A DNA stretch of 63,027 nt, counting the filler, from Catajapyx aquilonaris (lineage: Eukaryota), in assembly GCA_000934665.2 (NCBI GenBank). It is 4 parts of 4 records of this genome, joined end to end, with 100 filler letters (N's around TTAATTAATTAA, not from the genome) between each part and the next. Parts side by side here need not be neighbours in the genome. Positions count along the whole stretch, not along the records: positions 1 to 15,694 come from JYFJ02007431.1; positions 15,795 to 31,484 come from JYFJ02007432.1; 2 more parts are not named here. The stretch is one strand, 5' to 3'. Numbering within the stretch: the first letter of the stretch is position 1; each line of letters opens with the position of its first letter. Shown here in pieces: positions 10,929 to 24,000 of the stretch. Under the pieces are notes generated by a model. It was given only the letters and a program-made list of their open reading frames with translations, was not told the DNA's origin and made no database searches. The position numbers were made by a program, and so were the translations under genes.

Positions 10929-12357
10929 GAGGCATTCCACGTCAAGCGGGCCACCTTCCGACAAATCTTTGAGGACCTTGACCAAAATTTAGTGACATGA
11001 ACTACTCATCGATCTATGCAGGAATCCAAATTATTATCCCTCTGCGTTGCGTGGTTGCATAACCACAGGGTGTCAAAGATGCCAATTTTCGACCATTTTT
11101 TTATACGTTCGCTGTCACTAAGATGGCCATATCTCCCAGAAGGTCAGGTCAAATATAACATTTGATATGTGCATTTGAAGGGTAATTCTACGATCTATAA
11201 GATGGCCATACGCAAAATTGAAAAATCCAAAAATTTAAAATCAAATATGGCACCCAAAACATTGATTTTGATATTGGTCGTGAATCGACCCCTACGATTT
11301 CTTTTGAATGGCACTTAAAATGACAAGGGCAATGTTTACTTCATATTTCCGAAAAATCTGGAGAACCCTTTTTCAATATTTGCCGACAATAATAACTTTT
11401 TTGGTTTCAAACTCGTCCCGTAAGTGTAGTCACCTCATTTGGAGGACTGTAACTAGGAGAAGATCAGGTCAAATCTGATATTTGATATGCGTATTCGGAA
11501 GGTATTTTTATGCCCCAGGAGATGGTCATACTCAAAATGGAAGAATAAAAAACTTTAAATCAAAGATGACGGCCAATTTTTTATTTTGATATTGATCAAT
11601 ATTCGACCCCTACAATTTTTTTTGAATGGCACTTAAAATGATCAGGGTAATGTTTACTTGAGATTTCCGCAAAATCGGGAGAACCCTTTTTTGATAATTG
11701 CCTAATATAAAAACATGTTAGTTGCGAGACGCATACCGTAAATGTAGTCACCTCAATAAATTATCAATAAAATTGCTCCAAATTTGTTGCGTTAAATATT
11801 CATGCTACATATCGCGAGAATGCCTGATTCTAACACTCTACATTGGTAATAATAATTAATAAATGCCGATTTTAAGGACATACTAAAAAGATAAGTCCCA
11901 TAAAGTTAACTGAGACGAAATAGGTATTTATTATATTTACGTAGAGTGATAGAATCAGGCATTATCATTATGTGCAACATGAATATTTAACTCAACAAAT
12001 TTGGAGTAATTTTATTCATAATTTAGGTGACTACATTTACGGTATGCGTCTCGCAACTAACATGTTTTTATATTAGGCAATTATCAAAAAAGGGTTCTCC
12101 CGATTTTGTGGAAATCTCAAGTAAACATTACCCTGATCATTTTAAGTGCCATTAAAATTTTTTTTTGTAGGGGTCGAATATTGATCAATATCAAAATAAA
12201 AAATTGGCCGTCATCTTTGATTTAAAGTTTTTTGATTCTTCCATTTTGAGTATGACCATCTCCTGGGGCATAAAAATACCTTCCGAATACGCATATCAAA
12301 TATAAGATTTGACCTGATCTTCTCCTAGTTACAGTCCTCCAAATGAGGTGACTAAAT
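10929..12357. repeat. Nested repeat: ~300-bp unit present twice in tandem plus an inverted copy, forming a ~930-bp hairpin
   Basis: 11138-11437 resembles 11456-11756 (direct); 11427-11756 is near-identical in reverse to 12024-12354. Confidence 0.75.
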
Positions 12358-12440
12358 GTAAAAATAAATTTTAGTTACATTTGAGAGAAAAACCAATTCC
12401 ATATGCGCATTTTGCTGGTGTTTCTTTTTCTTTTGATATA

Positions 12441-13006
12441 CAGGGTGGACCATAAGTCGGTACCTATTTTTTATTTCCGAATAACTTTCCAACGAGTACA
12501 CCTACGGAAGTCAAACATGATTCAAAATGTGCGGGAATTCAAAAGAATTTATCTGGCTGACACCTCAGTGACACCTTGCTACTGTGTCGAGCGCAGCTTG
12601 ACACTTCTTCCGCGGTGGCGCTGATAACGGGGGCAGATGTGAACAAAATGTCAGACCACCTCTCTCGCTCTCTGTGATATCACAGGCCAGCCCATGGGGC
12701 CAGCCCCAGAACGCTCCGACCCCATTCGTTTGTCACAAACAGGTGGTCCGACATTTTGTTCACATATCTGCCCCCGTTATCAGCGCCACCACTGCAAGAA
12801 GTGTCAACCTGCACCCGCTAACAGCGCCACCGCTGAAGAAGTGTAAAGCTGCGCTCGCTAGCAGTGCCACAGTTAGTAAAGTGTCACCCAAGCAGATAAA
12901 TTCTTATGAATTCCTGAACATTTTGAATCATGTTTGACTTCCGTAGGTGTACTCGTTGGAAAGTTATTCGGAAATAAAAATAGGTACCGACTTCTGGTCC
13001 ACGCTG
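12441..13006. mobile_element. Tc1/mariner-type MITE
   Basis: TA|CAGGGTGGACCATAAGTCGGTACC ... GGTACCGACTTCTGGTCCACGCTG|TA; inverted arms longer than 100 bp. Confidence 0.85.
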
Positions 13007-14153
13007 TATATGTTCGATGGGTTTCGACCAATTACACTAACCGAAAAAAATTCTCCAAAAAAGGCATAATTTTCGGCCATTTTCAAAATTTCTCGATTTT
13101 CCCCCCTCCCAATGGTATTGCGCAACGTGGCTGAAACTTGATATGCAACCTTATGGCATATGTCTGTGCATCTGTGATTATTTGCACCAAGATCCGAGAT
13201 GATGTAAAACCATTTCGGGGTCACTTGATTGGGAAAGACCCCTAGTAAATCGTTCCAAACTTTGAAACGATATATCTCAGAAACTAGAGCTGATGGAGCA
13301 AAACGGATGTCATTTTTGGAATCAGCGCCACAGATATAATGACCCTAAAATCGGTCTAATCTTCAAGGCGCCAAAATATGCGTTCCCCAGTGTAATATTA
13401 TGTCTATAGGTGCAGTACTACATAGCTTGTCTATCACACAAACATTTTGACCAGTATTTGCGCTTACTTGTAGTTATTTCCGTAGTAATGATGCATAAGT
13501 GTGAAGCTAACTATTTAATCACTCTTTCCCTCATGTGACACGTAAAGTATTAAAAGCTAAGGTCCCTCTCCCAATTCATCTGCTATCTGCGATTCATGCA
13601 GTCCAATCGTCCTGGTAGTCCAATCGTCCTGGCAGCAGATCGGAGAGCATTCAGCGACAACTTCACCGATACGTGTGTAGCCTTAATTGAGAAAGTCATT
13701 CTGATATAAGAGTTTCCTACTGAAACCCTGTTCGGCAAAGGATCAATTCCATAAAAAATATTTGTCCTGAAGCGCCCATAGTAATATATTTTAAGCAACG
13801 TGAAATATAAAAAAGTGACATTTGGTTTTGTCCTATTGACTCTGGTATTACGAAAATACGCATTTGAAAGCCACAATTTTGCATATTTGCCAGTTTGAAA
13901 TTACCATAGGAGGCGCGAATGACCATGTATAATTTGCATGTTATTTTTACAAGTAATAATGGTAGATGACGCCCAATAATTTTCATGTATAGACCCATGG
14001 GCTTTATGATTGCTCAATATTGAAAACATCGACTACGGTTCCCCCAAACCGGAAAATGCAATGGGAAGCCATGATTTGTACAGGTTCTGTACTTTCGGTC
14101 TAGTTTTAGTGATCAATTGCCAACTCGAAGGGCCAGTTGTATCAAGGGAAATT

Positions 14154-15450
14154 CAGGGTCATCGAAAAAGAATATCTCATTTTAAAAACCTTATAAGTCG
14201 AAAACTGGTAGACGTATCTAAATGATTTAAGTGTCGAAATGCTAAGAAATGTCTGAAGGGTTGGTATCACCTTAGTTTGTTTCGATATGAGCTTCATTTG
14301 TCTCTCGGCAGATTCAAAAGGCGTTAATCGGTGTCGTGCCTAACGAGCTCAATGATATCCGGAGGTGCTGGATATGGCGAGTCTTTACACCACACACATT
14401 GCTCTTGATGATTCAAATGAAAAAGTCGCCTCATCCATGAAACAAACCTGCAGTAAGAAAGTTTCATTTGGTCAGCCCCCCAGTGTGCCAAGTCTTGAAT
14501 GAGAAGTTTCTCAATGCCTGATCCGGCATCTAAGAGAAAAGATTGCAAAGGTAACGCCAGACAAGCCTGAGCGGGTTAGGCACAACACCGATTACCGTAT
14601 TTATATTTTTAGAGCGACGGACGGAGCTCATATCGAAACAAACTATGGTAAGACCAGACCTTTACACATTTCTTAGCATTTCAACACTGAAATCAATCAT
14701 CATCAATCATCAATCAAGTATATATACAGCCCTTAAACGAGGAGGAGGAGGAGGAGGAGGAGGAGAGAAGGATATAGGATGGAAAAGATTTCGCACTTCC
14801 CGAGGTCGTAGAGCGTTGGTCGAAGTTCCGTTGGATTTCTTGCCTCTGCTTTACCGATGCCAAAAATCCTCATAATCGCAAAATTCCCAGCCGTTTTGGA
14901 GATAGCCAAAAGTCGACGTTTGCACGTGCGACCTTGCCCATCTGCTCGTCATTAAACCGCCGGAAATCAATAGCACATCCTCTCCGGAGCCCCCTCCACC
15001 CGCCGCTGACATCTGGATCCACTCTAATCCCACCTCAGTGCCTTTTTCACCATACGTCAGCTAGGACGCATTCTCATACTCCACACCTTTAGCGGTGACG
15101 TCACGGGTTCTGTAAATGGATGCCACCCCGCTCCGACCAATTTTTGTGTAAAAAGACTTTCTCTGTTCGCATCAGAGAGAGGGGTAAGTGTGGGATGGCC
15201 GGATGCACCTGCACAGGGCCTCGGACAGTTACGGAGACCGGTGCAGGACCTACGCGGGACCCGACCAATTCCCGCCGAAGGCGCGCAAGTGGGGCGCAGC
15301 CCTACGGGGGGCGGGGGGGGGGNGGGGGGGGGAGGCGAAGCTCACCCCCCCCCCTCCCCGCCTCGCAAAGCGAGTCATTTAGATATGTCTACAATCAAGT
15401 TTTCGAGTTATAGGGTTTTTAAAATGGGACATTCGTTTTCGATGACCCTG
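14154..15450. mobile_element. Mariner-like (maT/DD37D-type) deletion derivative with transposase relics
   Basis: TIRs CAGGGTCATCGAAAA / TTTTCGATGACCCTG|TA; relic DYRIYIFRATDGAHIE (+, about 14590-14640); frameshifted FMDEATF/HLN...CVW (-, about 14385-14445). Confidence 0.7.
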
Positions 15451-15694
15451 TATATTAGGGAATACGGTTTCTCTGTTTATGTACGCAGGTATTCATAATA
15501 ATACATAAATCAATATAACATGAGATTTCTTCCTTAATTTGTGTTGACATAACCGACAATAAATATTATCCGTATTCTACTATTTCCAGGTGCTACGGGA
15601 CAAATTTGACCCAAACTTTGCATTTTGTGACAAAAGTATGAAACTCGGTACACTTGTTCTTTGGACACTTCTGATCATATCTGGACGTGGAGCC

Positions 15695-15794
15695 NNNNNN
15701 NNNNNNNNNNNNNNNNNNNNNNNNNNNNNNNNNNNNNNTTAATTAATTAANNNNNNNNNNNNNNNNNNNNNNNNNNNNNNNNNNNNNNNNNNNN
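15695..15794. other. Artificial contig linker N44-TTAATTAATTAA-N44
   Basis: Exactly 100 bp; the 12-mer gives stop codons in all six frames; identical to the other two linkers. Confidence 0.97.
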
Positions 15795-16132
15795 TGGCAA
15801 CAGCAGAGCCATCTAGCAACTAAAGTCCGCCTCCTAGCAGACTCGCGGATAGTCAACAGCGGTTCTGTTGTTGCCAGGTTATGGCGTATCGCGTTGTTGT
15901 TTACTTACTACGACGCGATACGCCATAACCTGGCAACAACTGCGCGCCATCTATCAACAAAACAGTCCGCTCGACTTGCGCCTCTCGCTTGACGCGTCTG
16001 AGCGCACCCGTTCCTCGTCTATGAACCCCCTCTAGATGGCGTTTCCGGACACGGTTTCCTATGTCAAATATGTTTGTCTTGGTCCCCTCTATTACCCCTA
16101 CAAGTTTGTCGGCCGAATTCATTTACACCCTG
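15795..16132. mobile_element. Tc1/mariner-type MITE right part, truncated by the block start
   Basis: Ends CACCCTG|TA; same family as 47360-47633 (shared GACGCGTCTGAGCGCACCC...TATGAACCCCCTCTAGATGGCGTTTCCGGACACGG). Confidence 0.75.
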
Positions 16133-17888
16133 TATACTGGAGCAGGGAACATGACCCTATAATCTGTGTTATTGTCCCAAATCATAACAGAGGTAGATAG
16201 GCCACGCACGACATATCATCTCATGTGCAAGAAACATCATGTACCTAATTATACCACTTCGATATCAGAGTGAGCGGGTATAAAGCCCTACTTGCGGCCA
16301 AATGTGTTTTTATTCAGTTGTAATAAAAGGAAATGTTGACCTTAATCTCCTAAAATGGACAAGACACTTGCTTCACACATTCTTGACACTATGAAAATTA
16401 GTTCCTTCCATGGCGTCACCCCAAACATTTACGATTTACATTATTACATTTACGTACGATTACATTTCCTTGCTCACCTATGTCGGCACATATGATTTTC
16501 TTGGTGTACAACTTGCCAAACATGCCGTGATTGAAATTCTCATTATCATGACACGTCGTGTCACTTTAAATATTAATTCGTGACATTTTTGTGATTGTGT
16601 CCAATTTCACCCCATTTTACGGTACGGTGTTGGACATTAATCGAGTCATATTGCTAGCGACAGAGGCGGCAGAAGTACGAATCGTGCTCGCACGGCTTGC
16701 ACTATCCATATCTACGATTCGTTCTTCTGCCGCTTCGGAAAATGTCGCTAGCAGTATGACTCGATTAATGTCCAACACTGTACTTCATATCACTTTGTAA
16801 GATTGCAGGCCAGCCTTGTAAACCGGCAGCCTCGGAAATGTCAACATAACTAGGAGCTCTCAAGAAAAATAAGCTATATCCGACCGTGGAAAAAAATGAG
16901 TTTAAAGTGCCATTAGATTCTCCATGATGCCCTCTACCAAGTGCCAAAATATGGTGTAGCGCAGCCGCCTAGAAATGGGTGTAAAATGGCTCCAAATATG
17001 CATGTCCTAAGCAAAAACAGCTAAATCCAAGCTATGAAATTAGCTTGTTTCATGCAACAGCAGCTAGATCCAAGTTTGTGTGCATATCAAGGCAGCTCCA
17101 ATGCGATACATTCTTTTAAATGTGTTCAATTTAGTTTTTTCCGTAACTACGTATATACGTATCATCGTATATATGAAACTATTGAAACATATACATGAGA
17201 CTGTCTCATGAGTGATAATAGTTGAATCAGCATTTTAACACTCTCCATATTACCGTTAAAAATAATTGCTGTGGAAAAAATACATTTTTTCGAAGCAAAA
17301 CCAGCTAGATGCACTAGATTCGAAGCAAAACCAGTTACCTCCAAATTTGTGGCTAAACTACCAATCCACTATTTTCAAAACTTACATTTAAAAATGCATA
17401 AAAATGCCGTCTCATGACTTCCCCTATCAGCTACTTTCAGTTTGCAACCGTGTCCAAATGACAGGTTTTTCTCCTCTCCTGTACAATATTATTTTCTTAT
17501 TATAGACTTAGCTGCTTTTGCTTTCGATCTCCTCTATGTTTGTGCCTAAAGTCAGCTACAAATTTCAGTGTAATACTCTGAAAGCTGCCTATTATAGCCG
17601 ACCCTGGATATAGCGGATACGGCTTATCTACTGTATGTAAGATAAATGCGGTCCCGGCACGAGACAGGATTTTCCACATATACAGTATTTTCAGAATACA
17701 ACAGTGCAACTGACAACTGACAGAATTTTCAATTCTGAAACAAGTTATAAAATAAATGGTAAAACATGACTATATAGACTACTGTACACTCATAGCCAAT
17801 CAGGAGTTTTTGCAGGGGGGCCTGCCCCATGTTATTATTTTGGAAATACTATTGTTTATGGAGGACAACTTAATGAGAGGGTGATTAT

Positions 17889-18249
17889 TTTTATTTATTT
17901 TTATTATTATTTTTATTGATACCCCGTGCTTGAGCCATTCGGCTCGTTTAGGGGGTGGCAAACCACCATCAGTTTTCTGTTTTTTCTTCAATCTCCGTGC
18001 AAGGGCTGGTTCAGGATATAGGGTAGGGAAAGGGATTGTTGGGGAGGGGACACTTGTGCAGGTGCATTGTCCTATGGCTTTTGGGCCATGTGCAGTCCCC
18101 CAGGAGGTTAGGTTGCCAGACACCTCCTTGGTGCAGGTCAGAGACCCTCCTGACGCAGGTGAAAGGAAAGTTCCCCAGGCGGGGATCGAACCTGGGGCCT
18201 TTCACTCAGCAAGCCGAGACCTTACCATCACGGCCACCACACCTCCCCC
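17889..18249 (-). mobile_element. tRNA(Ala-like)-derived SINE, family C
   Basis: Minus-strand head GGGGAGGTGTGGTGGCCGTGATGG...CTTGCTG...GGTTCGATCCCC; A-rich tail; imperfect 16-bp TSD at 17873-17888 and 18250-18265; copy at 27817-28151. Confidence 0.85.
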
Positions 18250-20029
18250 ATGTGAGGCTGATTATAGGATCCCTAGCTTTTTTGTAAGCAGAATGTGGCC
18301 TCCATCAGCTTTGCGGTCGATGTTGGGACAAACTTGATAATCGTAACAACGCCATAAAATACGAAATGTTTTAGATATGGATCACATGACAGCGACAGCA
18401 TCATCTCTTCCAGCCCTACATATGCTAGAACTGGTGACACAAGAAATATAATATGTGTCTTCGGTAATGAAAAAACTGAAAGAAATAAGTTTACAGGAGA
18501 AATAGCCTCTCCGCATCGTTCAGTGGCAGCGACTGCGCTCTGCTATCTTTTGGCCAAATGCATCATTTGCAAGTTTTAGAGTTACTCTAAGGACTGCACT
18601 ACTCCTTAATACAGCAGCTAATTTTACGAGTAGCTACAAAGCATTAATTAATACTCATCTTATGGCATTACGGACATCCGCGCCATTCCCTGATCCCTCC
18701 AGCCAAAACTCCCCGCATCCGCGGGTACTCGTGTACGAAGTAATGGAAATGAAGTCATAGGTTTCAGCTGGGTGAAGTGTATCGGACAGTGATCAGGCGC
18801 GCCATCATACTATATTTTGGAAACCGCACCGGAACAAGAACCGCGAAAAAGTGCTCCCCCCTCCCCCTCTCTCTTGCCCACTCCCTCCCCCCTACACTCC
18901 TGCTGTATAACATTATCTCGTACTTGGCTCGGAATAATGTCGACTAATCCCCGCGGAACGATCCCTGGAGGATCCATTATAATGTAAACAAGCGAGCGTG
19001 GATCCCCCCTACGAGTGGCCATCACGTGCAGGCAGGGCCCCTCCTCGCCCTCGCTGCCAGCTTTCACAAATCCCAAGCTATTTTTGCACTGCTACGCAAA
19101 CAAATATGAAAGTGCACATTCGGATGCACTGTACCGGGGCATTGTCTGCACTGATGCGATATTACTGGATGGGATTAAAGGGCTCAAGGAGGAACCAAAT
19201 GGTTTTTTTTGTCAAGATCATGGAGGCTGCAGCAAAAATGTGAATAAAATGCACTTTCAACATCTAGATTAAAACTCACGAAGAACTGAGGTTCGGGACA
19301 ATTTTATGTATCCGGAAAATGAACAATATATTGACAAAATTGACCAACAAATATTATATTGTGTATAAAAAATTTTAAAGCAAAACTTATGCAGCAAATT
19401 CGGGCACATTGTTGACTTGAATCGGTACTTGACAAACGGGCTGGGGGCCTTATTGAGAGGCAGCGAGACAGGGATTAAAAAGGTGGTGCTCGAAAGTAAA
19501 AAGCATCCTTTTGTGTAGCGAGTTAGTGGAGAGTGGCACAAGTGGATGGAATTGCAAAGGGACGTCGTCGTCGACATAGTAGTGGGATGGCAGGAGAACT
19601 CTCCCTCTATCCCACCGCCGACTTTCTTCCTAATGGCTCGCTTACGATTGCTCCAGATGCGTTTGGGTGTCCGGGATGGCTCCGCCACCAGCCCTGTCCT
19701 CATCTCCGACCCAGACTTATGGCCCTTCACCCTTACGTGACCCCCATACCGTACATGTACTATATGTTGGCATCCCAGCCTCATCCCACCTCTTTCGTTG
19801 TGCCTGGAGTTGAATAGCCTACTGCTGTGTTATGCAGTGTGATCCACTCAACCTCACATATAGTGAGGCTTATAATTGCGGATTAAAGACATTATGTTTA
19901 GTAGCTATAGAAAATGAGGTGTTCAGGAGCAAAATATATGCTACTAGCTTGCTCGAGTGCGTAAAATCAAGCCCTCCATCCGATAAACAGGGCTTCACCT
20001 TTACACATTATCGTCTCTGGTGAGACTAA

Positions 20030-20140
20030 CCACCCTGGGGAACTCACAAAGAGCCAGTTTGAGACATTGCACTTGCACCTATACCCTTATACAGTCACCT
20101 GTCTCCGCCGGCCAGTTCGCGGCCGTTTTGGAAAAAGGTT
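20030..20140 (+). mobile_element. Fragment related to the 3' half of SINE family B
   Basis: CCACCCTGGGGAACTCAC...GACATTGCACTTGCACC resembles 10384-10440. Confidence 0.45.
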
Positions 20141-20689
20141 CCGAAATGTAACACACATGTGATTATGAACCATGCTTATACCTCGAATCATAATCGTTGT
20201 CGTCGTCGTCGTTGCTGTTGTTGTTATTTTTAAATACACGTACCTTGTCGAGTTTGTTCATATTGACGTGATTCCAACTTTTCGGCCTAAGTTTGCTTAT
20301 GAGAGGCACGCACTTTCGCACATATTCTTTCTTTCTTTTAAGACTTTGTTTATTTTTCCTTGATCGTCCTGAGGCAACAGCCACTTGACCGATCAACAAT
20401 ATTTTGACATTACTCCCACTAGTAGGGCCTACAAACATCAAACAAAACAACAACAACAAAACACATGCACACCAAAAACATAAAACTAAAAAAACCGGTC
20501 TTCTTCTATATCGCTATGAAATATTGCTAAAGAAATCGCACAATAGAGGAAAGAAACCTGACTTAACACCACACTCTATTAATACTATCCGCCCCCTTCA
20601 CTCTCCTCCTGCCGACCTATCACCTTGTCCGCCGGTCCGTTTTTTGACAATTTCGTGGGGGTACCGGCACAAACAACCTCTCTTTTAAC

Positions 20690-21080
20690 ATCCAGCAACA
20701 ATGAATACAGTTCCTCTATACCTCTTTCACTCGTTCTACGCCCTGGACCCATGACAACCTCTCTATCCATGGCTCTGCAATCCCTCATTACATGCATTAT
20801 ACTCTCCTCATCCTCCCCATACAAATAGAATTTTCTTTCCTCATCCCCTAGCCATCTCCAGTTACTTCTGGTGAGTTTCCCACACCTCAGCTTCGCCAGT
20901 ACCTTGAGGAATTTCACAATAAATGATCTTTACCAAGGTAGTCTTTTTCCCCTTGTTCCTTCTTCAAGTTGTTGTATTCTACCACATTTGGCGAAGTATT
21001 TATTTCTGGCCTATCTTTAGGTTACCTTTCTGTCTCTCAGTTCTTTTATCAACTCAATATACATTTGCGGGTAAAATTTT
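20690..21080 (-). pseudogene. Decayed 3' end of a non-LTR retrotransposon ORF2 (C-terminal CCHC-type region)
   Basis: KVLAKLRCG...WLGDEERKFYLYGEDEESIMHVMRDC resembles the LINE ERxCxLC...ExxxHxxxxC motif with the first two Cys lost; frameshifted upstream piece EYNNLKKEQGEKDYL. Confidence 0.7.
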
Positions 21081-24000
21081 TCCCCCAATAACTATTAGGA
21101 AAAGAATGCATAAGAGGCATTAGAAAGATTTGATACGATCGGTAGGTTCAGGTTCTGGTGGAGAAAGAGATGCCTGCAAGAGTGGAGCATTATTTATTTC
21201 GAGACCTCTTCCTTTCATTTCTACTGATGGAAGCATTCATAATATTCTAGTTATTAAGTGATGCCATCGGCATGTAAAATTCGATGTTGTTTTGTTGTTG
21301 GACAAGATTTATGCCTGTAGAGAGGGACAAAAGTATCACATTTCCACACGGGCTTTTGTTAGGGCACACTGAAATCGAATTATCTGAATCTGGGGAAAGT
21401 TCACCTAATCGCTCAACAAGGGCATATAAGATTAAGCATTGAAAAGCTGATTTATTATGACGATTCATTAAATATTTCAACCATAATAATTATTATGTTA
21501 CATAGAATAAAATTATTACTAAATGTAAAATTGGTCCCTGCCGACGTTGCACGTAATCTTACATAAATTCAGAGGATGGAACATCCATGCATCCATCTTC
21601 TGATCTAGCTGCCTAACTTTAATTTGTGACAGCAGAGCCAGTATTGGCTGTAATGTCATTACAGCATACTATTCAAGTTTGTGTAACGATTGTCGCTGTC
21701 GGTAGGCTGAGGAATTGCTTATTCCCGGAAGCAATTTGCATTTTGACGAGGCTTGTAGCCCCGAAAGAATTTTCGGCAAGTGTCACGGCGTCTTGGAGAA
21801 TTTTAAGGAATTCTGTCTGGGTGCAGAAGAGAATTAACTTATACATGCAAAATCCACGTTCATTATAATCAGCGTGGCAAGGCTTACTTGACATTGATCA
21901 GAACTGAGTCAATATGGTGTAGGTCACACGTGTGTACTGTACTCTTACACCTATTTCATATGAATGCATCATTACTCAGAGAAAAGAAATAATAATGATT
22001 AACACATAGAAACATGTATTGTTTTGAATCATGAATTTCCTAGAGATGATGATTGAATGAGTGCAATCTATGAGATAAAACTGTAGCTGTAAACTGAACT
22101 ATGCTCATGAAACCATGTGTCTTGAGGAAGACGATTATTAATAAACAAATACTACCGGTATCCCGAGACATTCATCTCTTGCTTTGACTTTTTCATGTGC
22201 TGCATAATTTGTAGGCATATCTACATTACTATATAAAATACTTGCAAAATTTTCATGAACACATATCATGGGAGCTTGTCAATGTACAGTGTGTTACAAC
22301 TGCGTTGTCCGTATTGATTATCGATTTTTTTAAAGCACTAAACAGTTTCATTTTACAGCAGTCACTTTTGAACGACTTTTTAGTGGATATAAAATATCAG
22401 GTGAAAATATTTGGTTGAATTGGAGAATTCTTTAAAACTAATGAAGAAGGGACTAATGGGCCAACCATTGGCCTCAGGTGCCGTTAGAAGAGTAAGGATC
22501 ACTTGCAATCTCTTAAGTTAGGACATTCATCGCATTTCAGAGCCAGAATGAATGCTGCTATTGAATCTAATACTGGCAGCTAATAACCCATGAAAGTAAT
22601 TGTTCAAAAGTTACTACTGAATAATAATCACCTGAGTGCCAAAAGAATCCCTAACCACTACGGAAATTTCAGTTGGACACGCTGCATAATGACCTATCGA
22701 CATATGTAAAAGAATGCAGTAATGTTTTATGGATCATTGCAGCAGGCGAATAAAGATGTCAGTTTTGTGTAACTGACTTGTCACATGAAGGGGGCCTGAC
22801 CATGATGGAAACATAATATGCTTGCATAGTGTACATTGACCAAAATGTGCTTTACATATAGTCTGCGATTTGGGAAATTCAACATCTGGGCCATTTGACC
22901 AATCAATATCAATCGAATACTCTAGCATGTTGCATTAATTTTTATATCCCAATGTAAGCTGGCTTGGGGCAGAGTGTCAGACATTTGAGGCAATACGTAG
23001 GACGAAAGTTGGGCGGCGTCCATCTTGTTTACGAGCACGAGTGCATTAATAACCGGTGGGCATTGACGGCATACAAAGCGCTTTGTTGTCGCGCCATAAA
23101 TTCCGAGTACTGGCTATCGAACCGTCCAAGGGGATCATTAATGTCGAGCACGGACAATTAATGTTAACGCTGCAGAGTGTCATCCATCAGTTGGAGGAGC
23201 TCCAAATGTCCCCACCACAACCTGTCGTGTACAAGGAGTTGCGTACAAAACAAGCAGGTGAGGTGAATGCTCAGTGCCTCACCGCTCACTCCCCCAACCC
23301 TCCACCTCAACACCCCCCAAACGAATGTAGGCCTGTGTATCGAACATAGGCATCATGGCTCGCAACGGTCTGTCGGCGGAGACAAAATAGGTGAAATTCA
23401 TTGGATGAACCGTGACATGTACAGAATCGCTTTCCTGAGTCGTTTCCATGGGGACCGTCCGGATCCAAAAGTTGCAATTCAGAGCTGCAGGTCACCATAG
23501 TACCTGACTTTTGTGTCAACATTCACCGCTGTACAGGGACAACTCCCGCTAGGTATTGGATCCAAAATGTTATACGCCGGTAGTCTATAAGTATAGTGCC
23601 AGGATATAACCATTTGAAATTCATGCCCTTATACGTTCTGTCGTGGTGAGCCAAGATAGAAGTGGTACCGGTAGAGCCAATTTTGTAGTCCACTTTGCCT
23701 CCTTCCCTGCACTAACATGTAAGTTTTAAAAAATTCCCGTTAATTTTTTCAAGTCCATCAGAAATACATTTTTCATTCTTAACTGTTAATAACTTATATG
23801 CAAGGGAAGGGTACTCCAATTAATTTGTTTCCCATTATTTATTAACTTTTGCAGATATTTTCTTGTTGATATTAATTTATTTTCAACCGGTTTGTCAGAA
23901 GATCAATTACATTTATTATTACAGCGATTGGTAAATCATGTTACGGCTTGAATGGAAACATTTCTGGCAATAAGGCTGATAATAGCTAATTTCGAACCAT

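Larger units (their letters stand above)
10590..13392. mobile_element. Long-TIR element (right end CCCAGTG|TAA, Chapaev/CMC-like) with nested repeats; left terminus not seen
   Basis: About 320-bp inverted arms at 10590-10909 and 13010-13337. Confidence 0.6.

Noticed and set aside
15322..15322. Single N bases in G/C runs (also 34871, 44077, 46990)
   Set aside because: Assembly uncertainty at homopolymers; not biological.
15739..15750. TTAATTAATTAA as a biological motif such as a piggyBac target
   Set aside because: It is centred in N runs and identical three times; it is a six-frame-stop assembly linker.
21885..21950. Remnant of the eIF2-beta C-terminus (KEY..HTC..TIL-like words on the minus strand)
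   Set aside because: It needs many indels to align and lies in a different block; most likely chance.
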